From positions 8,064 to 72,063 of the forward strand of contig DNHS01000056.1 of the NCBI GenBank assembly GCA_003485765.1: a DNA stretch of 64,000 nt. Direction: 5' to 3'. Shown here one piece after another: positions 10,427 to 21,192 of the stretch. Position 1 is the stretch's first letter; each line of letters starts with the position of its first letter. The stretch is from Candidatus Omnitrophota bacterium (lineage in GTDB: Bacteria > Omnitrophota > Gorgyraeia > Gorgyraeales > Gorgyraeaceae). A program made the translations under genes and the position numbers. Below the pieces are notes generated by a model. That model was not told where the DNA came from, searched no databases, and saw only the letters and a list, made by a program, of their open reading frames with translations.

Positions 10427-11157
10427 ATTGCTATTATTGCAAGGCCTTTTAGGGTAAGCTCTGGGTCTATTTTATCAATACTTTCGCAATAGGGCCCTAT
10501 AAGTTTAGAAAAACCCCCTGTAGCTATAACCTTGGCATTTCTCGAATACCGTTTTTTCAGCTTATACACTATGCCATCGCATAAACTGCTGAAACCATAT
10601 ACGATCCCTATAAGCATGCTTTCCTTTGTTTCTTTACCCAATATACCTTTTGGTTTTTTGATAATAACTTTTGGCAGAAGCGCTGTCTTTTCATACAATG
10701 CCCACAATGAAATCCCTGGGCCAGGCGCTATAACTCCGCCAATATATTGCCGCTTCTCGTTTACAATATCTATTGTTATGGCTGTGCCAAAATCCACAAC
10801 TATACATGCCCCACCGTATAGCTCATACGCAGCCCTGGCATTCACAAGCCTGTCAGAACCTACTTGCTCAGGGTTTTTGTAAAGATTCTTAACCCCGCTG
10901 TCCACATCTCTTCCAACAACTATGCAATTTATGTTAATTGTTTTTTTAACAGCCTTTTCTACATTTTTTAAAGCAATAGGCACTACGCTAGTTACAATCA
11001 CAGAATCTATAACCTTAAGATAAAGCTTTAATTTTACCTCATAGTCTCCAGCCAAATCACCAGAATACGTAGGTATTCTAAAAGCCCTCTTTAAAACCTT
11101 TTTATCAAAAATGCCATTATGAATACTTGTATTGCCAATATCAATTGCTAACAGCAT
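10423..11157 (-). CDS. coaX: Type III pantothenate kinase
   Basis: LAIDIGNT, VGSDRL, VDFGTAITID, GGVIAPG, ATGG. Confidence 0.96.
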   Translation of the reverse strand: MLLAIDIGNTSIHNGIFDKKVLKRAFRIPTYSGDLAGDYEVKLKLYLKVIDSVIVTSVVPIALKNVEKAVKKTININCIVVGRDVDSGVKNLYKNPEQVGSDRLVNARAAYELYGGACIVVDFGTAITIDIVNEKRQYIGGVIAPGPGISLWALYEKTALLPKVIIKKPKGILGKETKESMLIGIVYGFSSLCDGIVYKLKKRYSRNAKVIATGGFSKLIGPYCESIDKIDPELTLKGLAIIAI

Positions 11158-11159
11158 AA

Positions 11160-12122
11160 CTACCTCAGCATTGTCACATCGCCAGCAAGAACCCTTTCAT
11201 TGAGCCCTGAATCCATTCTTAATACAAGAGCGCCGTCCTTGTCAACATCTATAGCATAGCCTTCAATCTTTGTCTCGTGATATGTCACCTGAACCCTTGT
11301 GCCCAGAAAGTTTGAAAATTCTTTATATTCTCTTATAATCTCGCCTATATGGCCGCTATTAAAAAGCCTGTAATATTTGTCCATATTTTTAAAAATACTT
11401 CTTACTATTTCAACTCTGGATAACTCTCTGCCAAACTCTTCTGCAATAGAAGTTGCGCCTTTCGGCAAAAGCTCTTTTTTTGTATTTATATTAATCCCTA
11501 TGCCTATTATAACAAAATTAATCTTGTCTGTCTCCGCATTCATTTCAGTCAATACGCCGCATATCTTTTGCCTATCTATCAAAACATCGTTTGGCCATTT
11601 TATAAACGCGGCCAAATTTGTCATTTCTCTGATTGTCTTTGCGACGCTCAGAGCTGAAAAAAGCGTAATGCTGGACACCTCTTTTGGCAATATATCTGGC
11701 CTCAATATAATAGACATATATGCGCCTTTGGATTTAGGAGAAACCCAAATTCTACCCATCCTTCCTCTGCCAGCAGTCTGCGATTCTGCTATAACAATAG
11801 ACCCCTCTTTTTCTCCGGCCATGGCAAGATCATGCGCCGCATCATTGGTAGAGGCTATTTCTTTGTAAGAATAAATCTTTTTGGCTATGATATCTGTTTT
11901 AAGATGCCACTTTAGCTCCACCTCTGTTAAGCAGTCTGGTATAGAGATCAGCTTGTAGCCCAGATGCGGGAATGCCTCGATATCATAACCTTCTTCTCTT
12001 AGATTTTCTATGTGTTTCCACACTGCCGCACGGGAAATTCCAAGTTCATGACTCATATCTTCGCCTGAAATATACCCTTCTTCGTGTCTCTTAAAATAAT
12101 TTAATATTTTATCATCCAGCAT
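11160..12122 (-). CDS. birA: Bifunctional biotin ligase/repressor
   Basis: N-terminal HTH (SGEDMS...SRAAVWKHI), [23 protein letters not shown]. Confidence 0.96.
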   Translation of the reverse strand: MLDDKILNYFKRHEEGYISGEDMSHELGISRAAVWKHIENLREEGYDIEAFPHLGYKLISIPDCLTEVELKWHLKTDIIAKKIYSYKEIASTNDAAHDLAMAGEKEGSIVIAESQTAGRGRMGRIWVSPKSKGAYMSIILRPDILPKEVSSITLFSALSVAKTIREMTNLAAFIKWPNDVLIDRQKICGVLTEMNAETDKINFVIIGIGININTKKELLPKGATSIAEEFGRELSRVEIVRSIFKNMDKYYRLFNSGHIGEIIREYKEFSNFLGTRVQVTYHETKIEGYAIDVDKDGALVLRMDSGLNERVLAGDVTMLR

Positions 12123-14082
12123 TATTTTTTAATTCCTTTATTCTATCTCTCAATTTCGCTGCGCGTTCAAACTGTAAATTCCTAGCCAAAAGCTCCATCT
12201 CTCTTTCAAACTCAGCAATTACCATTTCTTTTTCATAATCTTCTTCACTCTGGCCAGTTGCTTCAATAACAATCTCTTCTGCTTTTTTAAGAGATTCTAT
12301 GCCGTTTCTAATAGCCTTTTCAATAGAGCGGGGCGTAATATTATTTGCCTTATTAAACTCTGCCTGTTTCTTCCTTCTCCTGTTTGTTTCCTCGATAGCC
12401 TTTCTCATTGAACTTGTTATATTGTCTGCATACATTATAACATGGCCGTCTATATTCCTGGCTGCCCTTCCTGCCACCTGAATCAAAGATGTCTCTGATC
12501 TCAGGAAACCTTCTTTATCTGCATCCAAAATAGCTACCAGAGCTACCTCTGGCAAATCCAGGCCTTCTCTCAATAGGTTTATCCCTACCAGGCAGTCAAA
12601 TTTCTGCATCCTTAAATCCCTTAATATCTCCGAGCGCTCAATAGTATCTAACTCTGAATGTATATACCTTGCTTTCAGGCCTAACTCTTTCAAATACCCG
12701 GCAAGGTCTTCGGACATCCTTTTTGTTAAAGTAGTGACAAACACTCTCTGGTTTTTAGACGCTCTTTGTTTTATGTTTTCAACAAGGTCCTGTATCTGAT
12801 TCTCAGTTGGTTTCACAGTTATTTCCGGGTCCAATAACCCTGTAGGCCTTATGACCTGTTCCGCTATCCGGCCTGAATTTTGCAGCTCGTATTCCGAAGG
12901 CGTAGCTGAAACAAATACTGTTTCATGAACAATGCCCATAAATTCTTCAAAGCTTAAAGGCCTGTTATCCAAAGCTGACGGAAGCCTGAATCCATAATCA
13001 ACAAGCGTCTGCTTGCGGGCTCTGTCTCCATTGTACATGCCTCTCAGCTGCGGCATTGTGACATGCGATTCATCAATTATTGTCAAAAAATTTTCCGGGA
13101 AATAATCCAGAAGGCAGCTTGGCCTTGAGCCAGCAAGCCTTTGGCTCAAATGCCTTGAATAATTTTCTATGCCGTTACAAAATCCCATTTCCTGAAGCAT
13201 CTCAATATCATAACGCGTCCTGGACCCTAACCTCTGTGCCTCCAATAATTTATTCTGCGCCCTTAATTCCTTAAGCCTTTCTTCAAGCTCTACCTCTATT
13301 GACCTGATAGCTGAGTCTATTCTTTCCTGCGTAGTGACAAAATGTTTGGCTGGATATATAGCTATCTTTTCAATAAAATCCGCGAGCGTGCTGCCGCTAA
13401 CAGGATCTAATTCTGAAATCTTCTCTATCTCATCTCCAAACAAACTTATCCTGAAAAATGTTTCTTTATACGCGGGGAATATATCTATAGTATCGCCTCT
13501 TACCCTAAAACAGCCTCTCTTGAAATCAACATCGTTTCTGGTGTAATGTATGTTTACAAGGCGGGATAATAAAGCGCTTCTTTTTATCGCCTCTTTCTTC
13601 TTTAAAAATAATAATAAATCTTTATAATCTTCTGGCGAACCCAGGCCGTAAATGCACGACACGCTTGCTACTATAATAACATCGCTCCTAGACATAAGAG
13701 AACTAGTAGCAGAAAGCCTGAGCCTGTCTATATTATCATTTATAGAAGCGTCTTTTTCTATATAGATATCTGCCTGCGGCACATATGCCTCTGGCTGGTA
13801 ATAATCGTAATAGCTTACAAAATATTCAACTGCATTATACGGAAAGAATTCTTTGAATTCACTGTATAACTGCGCAGCGAGAGTTTTATTATGCGATACC
13901 ACAAGCGTAGGCCTTTGGACATTACTGACCACATTAGCCATAGTAAATGTTTTACCGCTGCCAGTAACGCCAAAAAGCGTTTGATACTTCAAATTTTTTT
14001 GCAGCCCATCAGTAAGCTTATCAATAGCCTGCTGCTGATCCCCGCAAGGCTTAAATGGAGCGACTAATTGAAATTTTGGCAT
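12112..14082 (-). CDS. uvrB: Excinuclease ABC subunit B
   Basis: [36 protein letters not shown]-terminal UVR domain. Confidence 0.98.
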   Translation of the reverse strand: MPKFQLVAPFKPCGDQQQAIDKLTDGLQKNLKYQTLFGVTGSGKTFTMANVVSNVQRPTLVVSHNKTLAAQLYSEFKEFFPYNAVEYFVSYYDYYQPEAYVPQADIYIEKDASINDNIDRLRLSATSSLMSRSDVIIVASVSCIYGLGSPEDYKDLLLFLKKKEAIKRSALLSRLVNIHYTRNDVDFKRGCFRVRGDTIDIFPAYKETFFRISLFGDEIEKISELDPVSGSTLADFIEKIAIYPAKHFVTTQERIDSAIRSIEVELEERLKELRAQNKLLEAQRLGSRTRYDIEMLQEMGFCNGIENYSRHLSQRLAGSRPSCLLDYFPENFLTIIDESHVTMPQLRGMYNGDRARKQTLVDYGFRLPSALDNRPLSFEEFMGIVHETVFVSATPSEYELQNSGRIAEQVIRPTGLLDPEITVKPTENQIQDLVENIKQRASKNQRVFVTTLTKRMSEDLAGYLKELGLKARYIHSELDTIERSEILRDLRMQKFDCLVGINLLREGLDLPEVALVAILDADKEGFLRSETSLIQVAGRAARNIDGHVIMYADNITSSMRKAIEETNRRRKKQAEFNKANNITPRSIEKAIRNGIESLKKAEEIVIEATGQSEEDYEKEMVIAEFEREMELLARNLQFERAAKLRDRIKELKNNAG

Positions 14083-14933
14083 ATTTCCAACGAAAAATCT
14101 ATTGAAGGAGCCGAGTGGGTGAGTTTGCCTATTGAAATTCTGTCAACTCCTGTTTTAGCAATCTTTCTTACATTCTCCAAGCTGACTCCGCCAGAAGCTT
14201 CCAAAATTACCTGTCTAAAACGGCCTTTGTCTTTAGTATCTTTAAGCTTCACGGCTTTCTTAATCTCCTCGGCTTTCATATTATCCAACATAATTATATC
14301 TGCCTCTGCTTCCAGCGCCTCTTTAAACTCTGCAATATCATCTACCTCAACCTCTATATTTTTATATCCCCTGCTTTTGAATATAGAAACTGATTTTTTT
14401 ATAGCATCTTCTCTTAATGCCCCTAAATGATTATCCTTTATCATTACCTCGTCCCATAAACCAATCCTGAAATTAAACCCTCCTCCAGCAACAACAGCAT
14501 ATTTTTCCATTTCTCTTAACCCAGGGGTTGTCTTTCTGGTATCATATATTCTGGCGCCCGTACCCTTTACTTCTTTCACAAATTCAGCAGTAAGCGTTGC
14601 TACGCCGGAAAGATGCCCCAGAAAATTCAAAACAGTCCTTTCAGCTGACAAAATATTTTTTGCAGAGCCTCTTACTGATATGATCCTTTTGTTTTTCTTA
14701 ACCCTGTCACCATCTTTATACAACGCTGTAAATGCTATCTTTTCATCAACTGCATCAAAAACCCATTTTACGACATCCGCGCCAGCTAAAATACATTCCT
14801 CTTTTACTATAATATGCGCTAATAGACTGACGGGTTTTTCAAAAATAACAGAACTTGTAATATCGCCAGAGCCGATATCTTCTTTTAAAGCGCTTATAAT
14901 TATTGGAAATACCTTTTCTTTTGTAAGTTTCAT
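14064..14933 (-). CDS. nadC: Quinolinate phosphoribosyltransferase
   Basis: [38 protein letters not shown]. Confidence 0.96.
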   Translation of the reverse strand: MKLTKEKVFPIIISALKEDIGSGDITSSVIFEKPVSLLAHIIVKEECILAGADVVKWVFDAVDEKIAFTALYKDGDRVKKNKRIISVRGSAKNILSAERTVLNFLGHLSGVATLTAEFVKEVKGTGARIYDTRKTTPGLREMEKYAVVAGGGFNFRIGLWDEVMIKDNHLGALREDAIKKSVSIFKSRGYKNIEVEVDDIAEFKEALEAEADIIMLDNMKAEEIKKAVKLKDTKDKGRFRQVILEASGGVSLENVRKIAKTGVDRISIGKLTHSAPSIDFSLEICQNFN

Positions 14934-14950
14934 CTTATTTAACTATTAAC

Positions 14951-15254
14951 TCTGCCCGTGCCAGCAGTTTGCGAGGACGCAAAATTTTCCCAGCGTGAAA
15001 ATTTTGCTCCGTTTTGACCCTCGCTCGTCTGTTGAGCCAGGTGGGGTCTGAGGCACATTAGAATCGTTTCGGCAAAAGTCCGCAAGGATTTATGGTGAGT
15101 TCTGTTCAGTTGACAATACGATAGTCGACAGAAGAACGAACCATAAACCGTAGCGGACGGCGAAACGATTCAGTGCCGAATGGCCCCACCTGGCTCAACA
15201 GACACCGTGCCCGCTCGTGTCAAAGAGGCCTCTCAAACTGCTGGCACAGGCAGA
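14951..15254. repeat. Composite structured repeat: element E1 with element E2 (15030..15200) nested in its apical loop
   Basis: Long terminal inverted repeat; 14972-15029 identical to 20829-20886; inner part homologous to 20986-21178. Confidence 0.85.
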
Positions 15255-15261
15255 AAGCCAA

Positions 15262-17895
15262 CTACAGATCTTCAATAGTCTTTCCCAACCTATCTATTTG
15301 TTCTCTGAGCTTCTCAGCCTTTTCCTGCTCAGCCCTGACTACGCTTTCAGGCGCGTGATCCATGAAATTTTTATCCTTCAATTTCTTTTCTGTAAACACA
15401 ATCTGTTGCTTTAATAAATCCTGCTTCTTTACCAGCCTGGCCTTTTCTGCCTCCACGTCTATTACCCCCTCCAGAGGAATAAATATATTAAACTCTTCTG
15501 TAACAGCGCTGAGAGAGCTCTTCGGCCTTATAAAATTTTCATCTATTGTCAATTTCTCAAGATGAGCCAGATTTTTGATATATTCCGCGTTATTGGATAC
15601 TACAGAACCAGCTCCTTGTTTCAATGGCGCAAGCCCTACTGTCAATTTTTTAGAATAAGCTATATTCATATCAGAACGAATATTCCTTATATTGACTATA
15701 ATATTTTTTACTATCTCTATATCGGACTCTATTTTTTTATTTATATAATGCTTATCTGCTTCGGGCCACGCTGCAATCATTATGCTGTCTCTTTCTCTTA
15801 TGCTCTGCCATATGGCCTCTGTCACAAACGGCATAAAAGGATGTAATAATTTCAGCGAATTTTCTAACACATGTATTAAGATTTCTCCTGTTCTCTGCTC
15901 TTTGCTCTCCGCGCTTTGCCCTATAATTTGCGGCTTTACCATCTCCACATACCAATCGCAAAAATCATGCCAAAAGAAATCATATAACAAGCTCTCCGCT
16001 TCATTAAATCTATAATTTTTCAATGCCCTAGTCACAGCCTCTATGGTTCTATTTAATCTGCTCAATATCCACCTGTCAGCTATAGACAGCTTTTCTTCTG
16101 CTCTATGCTCTACGCGCTCTGCCCTCTGCTCGATATTCATCAACACAAACCTTGACGCATTCCATATCTTATTCGCAAAATTCCTGCCTATCTCAAATTT
16201 TTCTTTTGATAAGAATACGTCCTGGCCAGCAGAGGTTATGGATATAATGCTAAACCTTAAAGCATCTGCGCCAAATCCATCTATTATCTCCAATGGGTCT
16301 ATTATATTCCCCAGAGATTTTGACATCTTCTTGCCTGTTGCGTCCCTGACAGTCCCGTGTATATAAACATCGCTGAACGGAATCTCTTTTATGAATTCCT
16401 TGCCTGACATAATCATCCTTGCGACCCAGAAAAATAATATCTCAGGCGCGGTTACCAGAACAGAGGTTGGGTAAAAATACTCCATGTCTTTTGTTTTTTC
16501 AGGCCACCCGAGAGTTGAAAATGGCCACAGCCACGACGAGAACCATGTATCCAACACATCCTCATCCTGTTTCAATTCTACGCTTCCGCACTTTTGGCAT
16601 TTTTCAGGCGTAACTTTTGAAACAATAACAGCGTTACATTTCTGACAATAGTAAACAGGCAGGCGATGTCCCCACCATATCTGCCTTGAGATGCACCAGT
16701 CCTTTATATTCTCCATCCAATTCAGATAAACCTTTGTCCATCTCTTTGGGTGGAATTTAATTTTTCCGCTTCTGACCGCTTCTATTGCAGGTTCTGCCAA
16801 TGGCTTCATTCTCACAAACCACTGCAAAGATAGATACGGCTCTATTACAGTATGGCACCTGTAACAATGCCCTACTGCGTGGTCATGTTTTTCTGTTTTT
16901 ATCAATAATTTCTTTTCTTCAAGTTCAGCTACTATTAACTTTCGAGCCTCAAATCTATCCAGGCCATTGAATCTGCCTGCATTTTCATTCATCCTTCCGT
17001 CAGGCCCCATGACAGTTATTGGTTCTAAATTATGCCGTTTTGCCATTTCAAAATCATTAGGGTCATGAGCAGGCGTAACTTTTACAGCGCCTGTGCCGAA
17101 TTTTTTATCCACAAAATCATCCGCAATAATGTTTATCTCTTTCCCAACAATAGGCAATATTAATTTCTTGCCCATTAATTTCTTGTATCTCCTATCCTTG
17201 GGATTTACCGCCACTGCAACATCTCCAAGCATAGTCTCCGGCCTAGTGGTCGCCACCACCACTCCTTTACCCTCTTTAAACGAATACAGTATATAGTAAA
17301 GCTTCCCCTCCACATCCTGATGAGGCGCTTCTTCGTCAGAAAGAGCTGTCTGGCACCTGGGGCACCAGTTGATTATATAATTGCCCCTATAGATCAAGCC
17401 TTTATTATAGAGTTGGACAAATGCTTCCAAAACTGCTTCTGAAAGGCCTTTATCCATGGTAAAACGCGTTCTCTCCCAGTCGCATGAAGCGCCCAGTCTT
17501 TTAAGCTGCATGATAATAGTATTCCCGTATTTCTCCCTCCACTTCCATACCTCTTCTACAAACTTTTCCCTTCCAAGCCCCTGCCTAGTGATGCCTTTTT
17601 CCCGCAGATTTCTTTCCACAACATTTTGCGTAGCTATTCCAGCATGGTCCGTGCCAGGCACCCATAAACTCGCAGATCCTTGCATCCTTTTCCATCTTAT
17701 AAGAATATCCTGTAATGTATTGTTCAGCGCGTGCCCCATATGGAGAATTCCTGTAACATTGGGCGGAGGAATTGTTATGGTAAAAGGTTTCTTGGAAGGA
17801 TCAGGCTCTGCATGAAAAAGCCTGCTATTTTCCCATTTAGAATAAATAGACTCTTCGTGATCTTTTGGATTATATCTTGGAGGTATGTCTTTCAT
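15262..17895 (-). CDS. valS: Valine--tRNA ligase
   Basis: PPPNVTGILHMGH, WCISRQIWWGH, KMSKS, C-terminal coiled coil. Confidence 0.98.
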   Translation of the reverse strand: MKDIPPRYNPKDHEESIYSKWENSRLFHAEPDPSKKPFTITIPPPNVTGILHMGHALNNTLQDILIRWKRMQGSASLWVPGTDHAGIATQNVVERNLREKGITRQGLGREKFVEEVWKWREKYGNTIIMQLKRLGASCDWERTRFTMDKGLSEAVLEAFVQLYNKGLIYRGNYIINWCPRCQTALSDEEAPHQDVEGKLYYILYSFKEGKGVVVATTRPETMLGDVAVAVNPKDRRYKKLMGKKLILPIVGKEINIIADDFVDKKFGTGAVKVTPAHDPNDFEMAKRHNLEPITVMGPDGRMNENAGRFNGLDRFEARKLIVAELEEKKLLIKTEKHDHAVGHCYRCHTVIEPYLSLQWFVRMKPLAEPAIEAVRSGKIKFHPKRWTKVYLNWMENIKDWCISRQIWWGHRLPVYYCQKCNAVIVSKVTPEKCQKCGSVELKQDEDVLDTWFSSWLWPFSTLGWPEKTKDMEYFYPTSVLVTAPEILFFWVARMIMSGKEFIKEIPFSDVYIHGTVRDATGKKMSKSLGNIIDPLEIIDGFGADALRFSIISITSAGQDVFLSKEKFEIGRNFANKIWNASRFVLMNIEQRAERVEHRAEEKLSIADRWILSRLNRTIEAVTRALKNYRFNEAESLLYDFFWHDFCDWYVEMVKPQIIGQSAESKEQRTGEILIHVLENSLKLLHPFMPFVTEAIWQSIRERDSIMIAAWPEADKHYINKKIESDIEIVKNIIVNIRNIRSDMNIAYSKKLTVGLAPLKQGAGSVVSNNAEYIKNLAHLEKLTIDENFIRPKSSLSAVTEEFNIFIPLEGVIDVEAEKARLVKKQDLLKQQIVFTEKKLKDKNFMDHAPESVVRAEQEKAEKLREQIDRLGKTIEDL
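15888..15922. repeat. Degenerate heptamer tandem repeat inside valS
   Basis: CTGTTCT CTGCTCT TTGCTCT CCGCGCT TTGCCCT. Confidence 0.65.
16098..16131. repeat. Degenerate heptamer tandem repeat inside valS
   Basis: CTGCTCT ATGCTCT ACGCGCT CTGCCCT CTGCTC. Confidence 0.65.
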
Positions 17896-17904
17896 GGCTG
17901 GGGC

Positions 17905-19476
17905 TTATCTGGCCTTGTCTTTTAATAGCTTGTATTCCACGCTATCCACAAGAGCCTGCCAGCTTGCTTCTATGATGTTTTCAGAAACTCCGACAGTGCC
18001 CCATGAGCTATTTTCGTCCTCTGACTGGATAAGGACCCTTACTTTAGCAGCAGTGCCTGCTTTTTCATCCAGCACCCTTACCTTGAAATCAGACAGATGC
18101 ATCTTTGAAAGTGTGGGGTAAAATTTTGTCAAAGCTTTGCGCAATGCATTATCCAAAGCGTTTACAGGCCCATCTCCTATTGCCGCAGTATGCTCTTCTT
18201 TTTTATTCACATTCAGCTTAATAATAGCCTCTGAAATCAGCATATCGTCTTCTCTTTTCTCAATACTAACCCTGAATCCTTCCAACGTAAAAAACGGTTT
18301 ATATCTTTTCAATTCCTTTTTCACCAATAGTTCAAAAGACCCATCAGCAGCTTCAAAATGATACCCCTGATTTTCCATAGATTGGATCAACCTCAATATC
18401 CTTTTTGTCTTGGGATCATCCTTTGTAAGGTCAAATTCCATCTCTTTTGCTTTTAGAATAATGCTGGTCTTGCCTGACAATTCAGAAACAAGGATCCTCC
18501 TATGATTTCCCACCTTTTCAGGTATTACATGTTCGTAAGACGCAGGGTTCTTCATAACTGCGTTAATATGAACTCCGCCTTTATGCGCAAAAGCGCTCCT
18601 TCCAACAAAAGGCTGGTTATCCTGAGGCCTCATATTTGAAATCTCGTTTATATACCTAGATACCTCTGTCAGCTCTTTCAGCTTAGATTCAGAACAACAT
18701 TTATACCCCATCTTCAATTGAAGATTCGGGATAATGCCGCACAAATCTCCATTACCGCATCTTTCGCCATATCCATTTATCGTGCCCTGCGCAATACTTG
18801 CGCCTGCCTCAACCGCAGCTAAAGTATTCGCAACAGCCAGGCCGCCATCATTATGAGTGTGAATCCCCAGTATAACATTAGAACACTCGCTGGAAATCGC
18901 CCTGACAATAGTCCCTAATTCATGAGTAAGCATGCCGCCGTTTGTATCGCATAAAACAACCGCATCGCATCCCGCGTTTACAGCTGAATGCAGGGTCTCC
19001 AAGGCATAATTTTTATTCCGCATATATCCGTCAAAAAAATGTTCTGCATCATAAAATACATAAAGATTCATGGATTTAAGAAATTCTACGGTGTCTTTGA
19101 TCATCCTCAAATTTTCCTGTAGAGACACCTTGAGAATATCTGTCACATGCATATCCCATGTCTTGCCAAAAATAGCAGCTAGCCTTACGCCTGATTTTAT
19201 AAGAGCCTTTAGGTTTTCATCTTCTGTTGGATTGATCTTTGGGCGCCTTGTGCTGCCGAACGCAACAAGCTCAGAATTCTTGAATTTAATTTTTCTGGCC
19301 TGCTTGAAAAATTCCATATCCTTTGGATTTGAGCCCGGCCATCCGCCTTCTATATAATGAACTCCAAACTTGTCTAATTTCTTTGCAATCTTAACCTTAT
19401 CCATCACAGAAAAAGAAATACCCTCTCCTTGTGAACCATCTCTCAATGTAGTATCGTAAATCTTGATTTCCTTCAT
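17905..19476 (-). CDS. cimA: (R)-citramalate synthase
   Basis: YDTTLRDGSQGEG, EGGWPGSNPKD, DAEHFFDG, AFAHKGGVH, LeuA-type regulatory domain. Confidence 0.92.
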   Translation of the reverse strand: MKEIKIYDTTLRDGSQGEGISFSVMDKVKIAKKLDKFGVHYIEGGWPGSNPKDMEFFKQARKIKFKNSELVAFGSTRRPKINPTEDENLKALIKSGVRLAAIFGKTWDMHVTDILKVSLQENLRMIKDTVEFLKSMNLYVFYDAEHFFDGYMRNKNYALETLHSAVNAGCDAVVLCDTNGGMLTHELGTIVRAISSECSNVILGIHTHNDGGLAVANTLAAVEAGASIAQGTINGYGERCGNGDLCGIIPNLQLKMGYKCCSESKLKELTEVSRYINEISNMRPQDNQPFVGRSAFAHKGGVHINAVMKNPASYEHVIPEKVGNHRRILVSELSGKTSIILKAKEMEFDLTKDDPKTKRILRLIQSMENQGYHFEAADGSFELLVKKELKRYKPFFTLEGFRVSIEKREDDMLISEAIIKLNVNKKEEHTAAIGDGPVNALDNALRKALTKFYPTLSKMHLSDFKVRVLDEKAGTAAKVRVLIQSEDENSSWGTVGVSENIIEASWQALVDSVEYKLLKDKAR

Positions 19477-19479
19477 ATT

Positions 19480-20700
19480 TTACCTCTTTAATCCAAATGC
19501 TTTATGCAGCGCCCGCACTGCATCGTCTGCGTATTTCTTATTTATCACGCACGATATCTTGATTTCAGAAGTTGATATCATGTCTATATTGATCTTTTTT
19601 GAAGCCAGGGCGCCAAACATCTTTGCCGCAACTCCTGAATGGGTCTTCATACCTACGCCAACTATTGAAACCTTCGCAATCTCATTATTATAAACCACAC
19701 CCTTTGCTTTCACAGCCTTCACTATTCTAGCCACCACATCTTTTGTCTTATTGAGCTCAGCCGTAGGCACTGTAAATGACAAATCTGTATAACCACGCCT
19801 ACTTATGTTCTGAATTATCATGTCGACATTTATATCGTGTTTAGCTAGGCTTGCGAATATTTTCGCTGCTATACCCGGCCTGTCAGGCACATCACAGATA
19901 GTTACTTTTGCCTCGCCTTTATTCGCAGTTACACCGCTAACAAGAACCTCTTCCATTGACTTAACCTCCTTTGAAATAATTGTTCCTTCTTTATCTGTAA
20001 AGCTTGATCTTATATGCAAAGGAACTGAATATTTTTTTGCAACCTCTATAGACCTTGCCTGCATTACCTGCGCGCCCAGAGAAGCCAGTTCTAGCATTTC
20101 TTCATAGCTGATCACGGAAAGTTTTCTGGCGTCTTTTACAACCCTAGGGTCAGCAGTATAAACACCTTCCACGTCAGTATATATCTCGCACATATCAGCA
20201 TCCAGGGTCTTTGCGATAGCAACAGCTGTAAGGTCTGACCCGCCCCTGCCAAGCGTTGTAATCTCTTGTTCGGCATTCATGCCCTGAAAACCAGCTACTA
20301 TAACAACCTTCCCTTTTTTAACCTGTTCCCTGATCCTGTCTGCGCTTATTTTAAGAATCTTGGCCTTTGTGTGAGAACAGTCTGTAACAATGCCTACTTG
20401 CGGGCCTGTAAAAGATATAGCATCAATACCTATCTTATGAAGAGCCATTGCCAGAAGCGCCACAGATACCTGCTCGCCTGTAGATATAAGCATATCCAGC
20501 TCTCTATCGCTTGGCCTATCCGTAATCTGGCCTGCCAGTTCCAAAAGCTCGTCAGTAGTATCTCCTAAAGCAGAAACCACCACTACTATCTTATGGCCTT
20601 GTTTCTTATAACGCGCAATGCGGTTTGCTACATTCTTTATCCTGCCTGTATCCGCTACAGAGCTACCGCCGTATTTTTGAACAATCAAAGACTTTCCCAT
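19480..20700 (-). CDS. lysC: Aspartate kinase
   Basis: QKYGGSSV, TTLGRGGSD, YTADPR, two ACT domains; start probably ATG 20700. Confidence 0.96.
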   Translation of the reverse strand: MGKSLIVQKYGGSSVADTGRIKNVANRIARYKKQGHKIVVVVSALGDTTDELLELAGQITDRPSDRELDMLISTGEQVSVALLAMALHKIGIDAISFTGPQVGIVTDCSHTKAKILKISADRIREQVKKGKVVIVAGFQGMNAEQEITTLGRGGSDLTAVAIAKTLDADMCEIYTDVEGVYTADPRVVKDARKLSVISYEEMLELASLGAQVMQARSIEVAKKYSVPLHIRSSFTDKEGTIISKEVKSMEEVLVSGVTANKGEAKVTICDVPDRPGIAAKIFASLAKHDINVDMIIQNISRRGYTDLSFTVPTAELNKTKDVVARIVKAVKAKGVVYNNEIAKVSIVGVGMKTHSGVAAKMFGALASKKINIDMISTSEIKISCVINKKYADDAVRALHKAFGLKR

Positions 20701-20806
20701 ATCGATAAATATTACCACAAATGCTAAAAATAATCTATTAAAATATTTCCGTTCACTGAGCCAAGATAGGGTCATTCAACATTGAATCGTTTCAGTAATT
20801 CGCTAA

Positions 20807-20959
20807 TGCTGCTAAGGCTACTGGGTTTCGAGGACGCAAAATTTTCCCAGCGTGAAAATTTTGCTCCGTTTTGACCCTCGCTCGTCCCAACGCTATTCGC
20901 GTCGGGACACCAGCCCGCTCGGGTCAAAGAGGCCTCTCAACCCAGTAGCCTTAGCAGCA
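20807..20959. repeat. Structured repeat element E1, copy 2
   Basis: Terminal stem TGCTGCTAAGGCTACTGGGTT/AACCCAGTAGCCTTAGCAGCA; 58-nt core identical to 14972-15029. Confidence 0.85.
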
Positions 20960-20985
20960 AAAATACTATCACAATATTTTAGTCA

Positions 20986-21178
20986 TTTGCTGAGCCAGGC
21001 TGGGGCCTGAGGCACATTTGAAAGGTTTTGGCACCATGTTTATTTTACTTTTAGTGCGCAAGGATTTACAGCGAGTTTCGATCAAGTGACAATACGATAG
21101 TCGACAAAGAAACGAGCTGTAAACCGTAGCGCACCCAAAAGCATTTCTGTGCCGCAGACCCCAGACTGGCTCAGCAAA
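20986..21178. repeat. Structured repeat element E2, copy 2 (candidate ncRNA or MITE)
   Basis: Long interrupted hairpin with conserved apical GACAATACGATAGTCGACA; compensatory changes relative to 15030-15200. Confidence 0.8.
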
Positions 21179-21192
21179 ACGAAACAAATGAT

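Noticed and set aside
15173-15414. ORFs 15173..15358, 15217..15414 and 20969..21187
   Set aside because: They lie in palindromic repeat elements or antisense to valS and have no recognisable protein features.
20701-21190. Lysine riboswitch or T-box upstream of lysC
   Set aside because: The same elements occur downstream of valS, and I could not find lysine-riboswitch or T-box consensus motifs; treated as repeats.
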